A DNA stretch of 64,000 nucleotides from the IMG/VR virus record IMGVR_UViG_3300029305_007860; one strand, given 5' to 3'. This DNA comes from an uncultured virus (IMG/VR IMGVR_UViG_3300029305_007860) (taxonomy: Duplodnaviria > Heunggongvirae > Uroviricota > Caudoviricetes). The notes beneath the pieces are model-generated. The model saw only the letters and a program-made list of their open reading frames with translations. It was not told the DNA's origin and searched no databases. Made by a program: the position numbers and the translations under genes. Of the stretch, positions 59,980-64,000 are shown one piece after another (within the stretch, counting starts at the first letter, position 1; each line of letters opens with the position of its first letter).

Positions 59980-60333
59980 ATGGGTAGAAAAAGTTTGTTA
60001 AACAAAGAACTCATCAGAAAAAAAGAAGAGACTCTTATAACAGAAGAGAAGCTGGCTAAAACAGAAATAAGCATTGTTGAACATAGCTCTCAGGCGTTAG
60101 ATATAGCTGAACGCTATAAAAAGCTTTACAATGAGACCTATATGGAATATGAGGAACAATGTCCTTCTGAAAAAAGTACAGAAAACGTCATATTTACTAT
60201 GATGTTAGAATCTTATGATGAACTGGTTCAGGAAGCACGCAAACGTTATCACAGCCTCTTAGAGCAGGAACTCAACAGCCGGGACAGATTATTAGGCTAC
60301 AACAAAAACATCCCCTTAGCTCAGAGATGCTAA
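59980..60333 (+). CDS. Hypothetical helical protein
   Basis: ATG at 59980 fits AAGGAG; terminator at ~60337-60382. Confidence 0.7.
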   Translation: MGRKSLLNKELIRKKEETLITEEKLAKTEISIVEHSSQALDIAERYKKLYNETYMEYEEQCPSEKSTENVIFTMMLESYDELVQEARKRYHSLLEQELNSRDRLLGYNKNIPLAQRC

Positions 60334-60660
60334 ATAAAAAAACACATCTTATCGGTCACATGATTGATAAGGTGTGTTTTTTATATATAATAAACGGGTA
60401 TACGTTTTTTACACCTTCCTCGTTTATCACAACAGGAAACATGTATAGTTTAGTTCCCTGACCGCTTTCCACATGCGTAAGGCGTATCATCATCTCATAA
60501 GTTATTCCTAATTGTAAACAATCTTCCCTGTCTTTTAAGTCGAGGTCTTCCCATCTTTAACCAATCAAAATACATTATATTTAATTAATTAAAAATTTTA
60601 ATAGCGTATTCCCAAAATTTGTTATATAATTAATACACAAAGAACACAAAGGAGAGAAAT

Positions 60661-61653
60661 ATGCCAAAGAAAAATCGTGAACACAACAAAAAACCTAAGA
60701 AGAAAAATTTCTTTTCTATGTTTTTTACAAGATATACAATCTGGGGATTGTTAAGCATATTAATATCTATAGTTATTGATTTACGCAATACATCCGATAT
60801 ATTTATTGTAAATATACTTCAAAACATATTCTCAACCATTGGAACCGCCATATTAGTAGGTGCAATTTTTGATTTTTCAAAAAACAGCGAGGCTTTTACA
60901 TCTTTTGTTTCAAATATATTAAAAGATATTGTAATATCTAAAGATTTTCTAAATGTTATGAGCGAAGAGGAAAAGAAAAACTCTCTGGAATTAATTCTTA
61001 AACCTACAGATTTACAAACCGAACAATGTTCTTCCATTAATTTGTATTACCAAAAATCCATTAATAAATTTATGGATTTATATAAGACACCTTTTAAAAC
61101 AGGACTTGTTATAAACATTAGAATTACCAAAGAAAACGGAAGATTAATAGCAAAAGGAGACCTGACACACAAAATATATAAGGTTTGCGGAGAATATCAA
61201 CCCATATTAACCACTTTTGAAAGAGCGGAATGCAGAATCCTTGACAGCTTTATTATTTTACCTACCGGAGAAAAAATACGACTGGAAAATGAATATGTTA
61301 AAGAAACTCAGGACGAACATGAGATTGACGAAAACGGAGAAATCGCAAAAAAATACGAAACTGTTATTCCAAAAGAATATTATGAATATCCATATTTAAC
61401 AGTCTGCCGAGAAATTTTAGAAACCGGAAACGACCATTGGATAAATTTTCACTGGATATCCTTAACAACTTGCGACGGTATATATTTTAAAATTACCTGT
61501 GATAAAGGGATTTCTATAAAAGATTATCTTGTATTTGATAACAAGAAGTGTTATGATATAGAAGTTAATTCAGAAAGAGACACAATGACTATAATCTCTA
61601 CCAACTGGCTAGATGCTCATTCCGGATTTACAATGACAATAAGCGACACATAA
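60661..61653 (+). CDS. Two-TM protein with beta-rich C-terminal domain
   Basis: Basic N-terminus, two TMs, soluble ~250-aa domain; AAGGAG RBS. Confidence 0.75.
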   Translation: MPKKNREHNKKPKKKNFFSMFFTRYTIWGLLSILISIVIDLRNTSDIFIVNILQNIFSTIGTAILVGAIFDFSKNSEAFTSFVSNILKDIVISKDFLNVMSEEEKKNSLELILKPTDLQTEQCSSINLYYQKSINKFMDLYKTPFKTGLVINIRITKENGRLIAKGDLTHKIYKVCGEYQPILTTFERAECRILDSFIILPTGEKIRLENEYVKETQDEHEIDENGEIAKKYETVIPKEYYEYPYLTVCREILETGNDHWINFHWISLTTCDGIYFKITCDKGISIKDYLVFDNKKCYDIEVNSERDTMTIISTNWLDAHSGFTMTISDT

Positions 61654-61707
61654 TTAGTAAACTATAATAATATAATTATATATAGCTTAAAAAAGGGAGG
61701 AATATTT

Positions 61708-61803
61708 ATGGCAAAGAATAATATCAGAAAAATTATCGGTGGTCATGTTGGAGGCTATGTCGGTGGCTTCGTTGGTGGATATGTTGGTGGTTTTATTAAT
61801 TAA
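61708..61803 (+). CDS. 31-aa Gly-repeat peptide
   Basis: MAKNNIRKIIGGHVGGYVGGFVGGYVGGFIN, strong AAGGGAGG RBS, terminator GGAGGATAC/GTATCCTCC at ~61829-57. Confidence 0.75.
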   Translation: MAKNNIRKIIGGHVGGYVGGFVGGYVGGFIN

Positions 61804-62190
61804 TATTTAAAACAATCTATTTACATTGGGAGGATACTTAACCGTATCCTCCTTTTTCTATTTTTATTTAAAAATAATGTCGAATTTTCCTGTATAACAG
61901 GATTATAGTGTTATGAGAGTATTTTATCATCATATCAAAAATATAATAAATACCCACGTAAACAAACCATAATCATTCACTATATGATAATAGAATACTC
62001 TTAATTTCACACAAAATAAAATAGTGATATTTTTCTAAATAGATTGAATAGTACCCAATAAAAATATATAATTAAATTAAGGGTGTTACCTAAAACGGTA
62101 GGCGGTCAGCCTTTCAACCTGTATATACATACAGAGCTTCCATTACAAAAGGGGGTTTTAATATGGATAGTACAAAAGAAAGGATTTTGG

Positions 62191-62289
62191 ATGATTCTTG
62201 AAATTATCGGAATCGTCGTAACTATTATATCTATAATAGTTACTGTTGTTTCGATTCTCGATACACGTAAAGATAAAAACAAAAAATAG
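62191..62289 (+). CDS. Putative type I toxin peptide (32 aa), copy B
   Basis: MILEIIGIVVTIISIIVTVVSILDTRKDKNKK; promoter TTGAAT-17-TATAAT at 62044-72. Confidence 0.75.
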   Translation: MILEIIGIVVTIISIIVTVVSILDTRKDKNKK

Positions 62290-62372
62290 CAACCGCCTCT
62301 GCCATAGGTTTAGGTTGCTATTTTTTTTGCAACTTATAAACAAGGCTGACCGTCTATCGGTAACACCTTGTC
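62278..62372 (-). ncRNA. Putative antisense antitoxin RNA, copy B
   Basis: Minus-strand TTGACA-17-TATTCT ending near 62376; AATAGCAACC/GGTTGCTATT hairpin followed by a U-tract on the minus strand. Confidence 0.6.
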
Positions 62373-62957
62373 TATAGAATACATCAATAAAAAGAATATG
62401 TCAATAATCCTTTTTTAATTAGACCGGCATATTTACGATGTTATAGTAACGCACGAATTAGGTCATTTAACACGAATACAAGCATTCGTCCAAAGAATTA
62501 AGGATATTTAAAGAGTATTATAATTAATATAGATTTACACACTTAGGAGGATACAATGGGAGTAGGTTGGCGTTGGTGATTTTGTTTTTTTGAAAGACAG
62601 GAGTTGATATTATGGGTGACCTACGAATTTAACTTTATTTTTTACTTATTCACCAATTAGAAAAACATATTTTTTCTGTCAAGGATAACCACTTCAATAC
62701 GAAGTGGTTATTTTTGTGTTACTATTTTATTATTCTCTTTTCTTTATCTCGTCTTGTCAATAAATCAGTATTACATTCAAATCCTTTAATAAAATCAACA
62801 ATATTCTTGAATACCTAAACATAACATATTTAATTATTTTTCTATTTTTATTGATTAATTGTTTGTAATATGTTATAATAAATACAAATAAAAGTAGTAG
62901 TAATATTTTAAACAAAGGAGTACAATGATTATGATGTTTTTAGATAATAGTTAGGAG

Positions 62958-63731
62958 ATGATTTTTATGAAGAAAATGAACAACAACGAAACAAAGGAAA
63001 AAGTCACAAGAATGGTGGTACTTATTGCTTCCCTTATCTGCTTAGTGGCAGTTCTCTTAATGGGTTGCCAAAACAAGAACAAGGATACTGAAAACGGCTC
63101 TCAGGAAGCTTCAATCGAAACTTCAACCTCTGCTGATAAGACAGAAAATGTCGGTTCTACTGAAGAGAATGTTTCAACAACAACTTCTGTAGCAGATAAC
63201 ACAACAGAAGAGAAGACTACCGAGAAACCTACTGGTACTACAGAAAAGCCAAACGCTTCAACAACAGAAGCTACAACCGAAGAGAAGAAGCCTAATAGTT
63301 CAAACACAACCACAGAAGCTTCTAAACCACCAAAAGCTACAGAAGAGACTACAACAGCACCAAGCACTACTGAAGCTTATGTTCCTACAACCGCTGAAGC
63401 GACTACTGAAGCGACTACTGAAGCAACCACCGAAGCAACTACTGAAGCAACCACCGAAGCAACTACTGAACACACTCACGAATGGGTTGATGTATACGAA
63501 GAAAAAACAGAATTTGATTACAGTGCAAATGTTTGTAATAATTGTGGATTTGTAGACTATCCTGTAGGATGGTCTGGAGTAGACATTATAGACCATTGTC
63601 TTATGTGTAAAGGTAAAAACGATAAGGGAGTATGGATAGGAACTTCTTACCACCTTCAAGATTTCTACAAAACAGTTTCGGTATTATCATACAAGTATTG
63701 CACAGGTTGTGATGAAATCATTTATTACTAA
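62958..63731 (+). CDS. Thr/Glu-rich lipoprotein with Cys/His-rich C-terminal domain
   Basis: LLMGC lipobox-like, TTEA 12-bp tandem repeats (~63395-63470), HTHEW, CNNC, HCLMC, CTGC. Confidence 0.8.
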   Translation: MIFMKKMNNNETKEKVTRMVVLIASLICLVAVLLMGCQNKNKDTENGSQEASIETSTSADKTENVGSTEENVSTTTSVADNTTEEKTTEKPTGTTEKPNASTTEATTEEKKPNSSNTTTEASKPPKATEETTTAPSTTEAYVPTTAEATTEATTEATTEATTEATTEATTEHTHEWVDVYEEKTEFDYSANVCNNCGFVDYPVGWSGVDIIDHCLMCKGKNDKGVWIGTSYHLQDFYKTVSVLSYKYCTGCDEIIYY

Positions 63732-63849
63732 GAGAGAGGAAAACCTCTCTCTTTTTTATGTTATAATATCATACATTATACTATTGATTAAATGATTATA
63801 ATAAGATATAATAACCACATAATCATTTGCATAGGAGATTATACATAAA

Positions 63850-64000
63850 ATGAACAGAGAAAAAATTACAAGAATGGTGGTACTTATCGCTTCCCTTATC
63901 TGTTTAGTGGCAGTCATCTGTATGGGTTGTCAGAATAAGAACAATAAGAACAAGGATACTGAAAACAGTTCTCAGGAAGCTTTAATCGAAACTTCAACCT
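63850..64000 (+). CDS. Third lipoprotein paralog (runs off the window end)
   Basis: MNREKITRMVVLIASLICLVAVICMGCQNKNNKNKDTENSSQEALIETST..., AGGAG RBS. Confidence 0.75.
   Translation, partial: MNREKITRMVVLIASLICLVAVICMGCQNKNNKNKDTENSSQEALIETST

Noticed and set aside
60385..60553. Minus-strand protein-like frame WEDLDLKDRED...
   Set aside because: No convincing start or RBS; probable fragment
62422..62511. Frame containing IVTHELGHL (HExxH)
   Set aside because: No start codon and bounded by stops; at most a peptidase remnant
3028..63659. Many 60-140 aa ORFs antisense to or nested in long genes (e.g. 3028, 30058, 44899, 56827, 63101, 63300)
   Set aside because: Shadow frames of well-supported genes with no independent signals

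Overview
AT-rich window from a large low-GC Firmicutes (Lachnospiraceae/Clostridia-like) extrachromosomal replicon, most likely a conjugative megaplasmid. It carries its own DNA-metabolism genes (recG, UvrD-like helicase, recJ, recD2, topB, dnaE, HU, Xer-like recombinase), two partition systems (ParM+adaptor; ParA+RHH), a VirD4-like coupling ATPase, two replication-relaxation-like proteins, a MoxR-AAA/vWA pair, a 1.8k-aa sortase-anchored thioester/isopeptide/ester adhesin, several TA/defence-like modules and paralogous lipoproteins. Main observations: (1) a Cas12f-family protein lacking the RuvC-I and RuvC-III aspartates, followed by a Cas12f-type scaffold fused to a one-spacer mini-CRISPR whose guide is antisense to a Shine-Dalgarno region, a candidate RNA-guided regulator; (2) a six-copy leader motif (17-bp box plus covarying hairpin with AAGG(T/G)AR loop just before the RBS) defining an apparent regulon; (3) two unannotated type I TA modules with uORFs and antisense promoters; (4) a 31-aa (V/I)GG(H/Y/F)x5 peptide gene. 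All family assignments come from motif recognition by eye; no database search was run.
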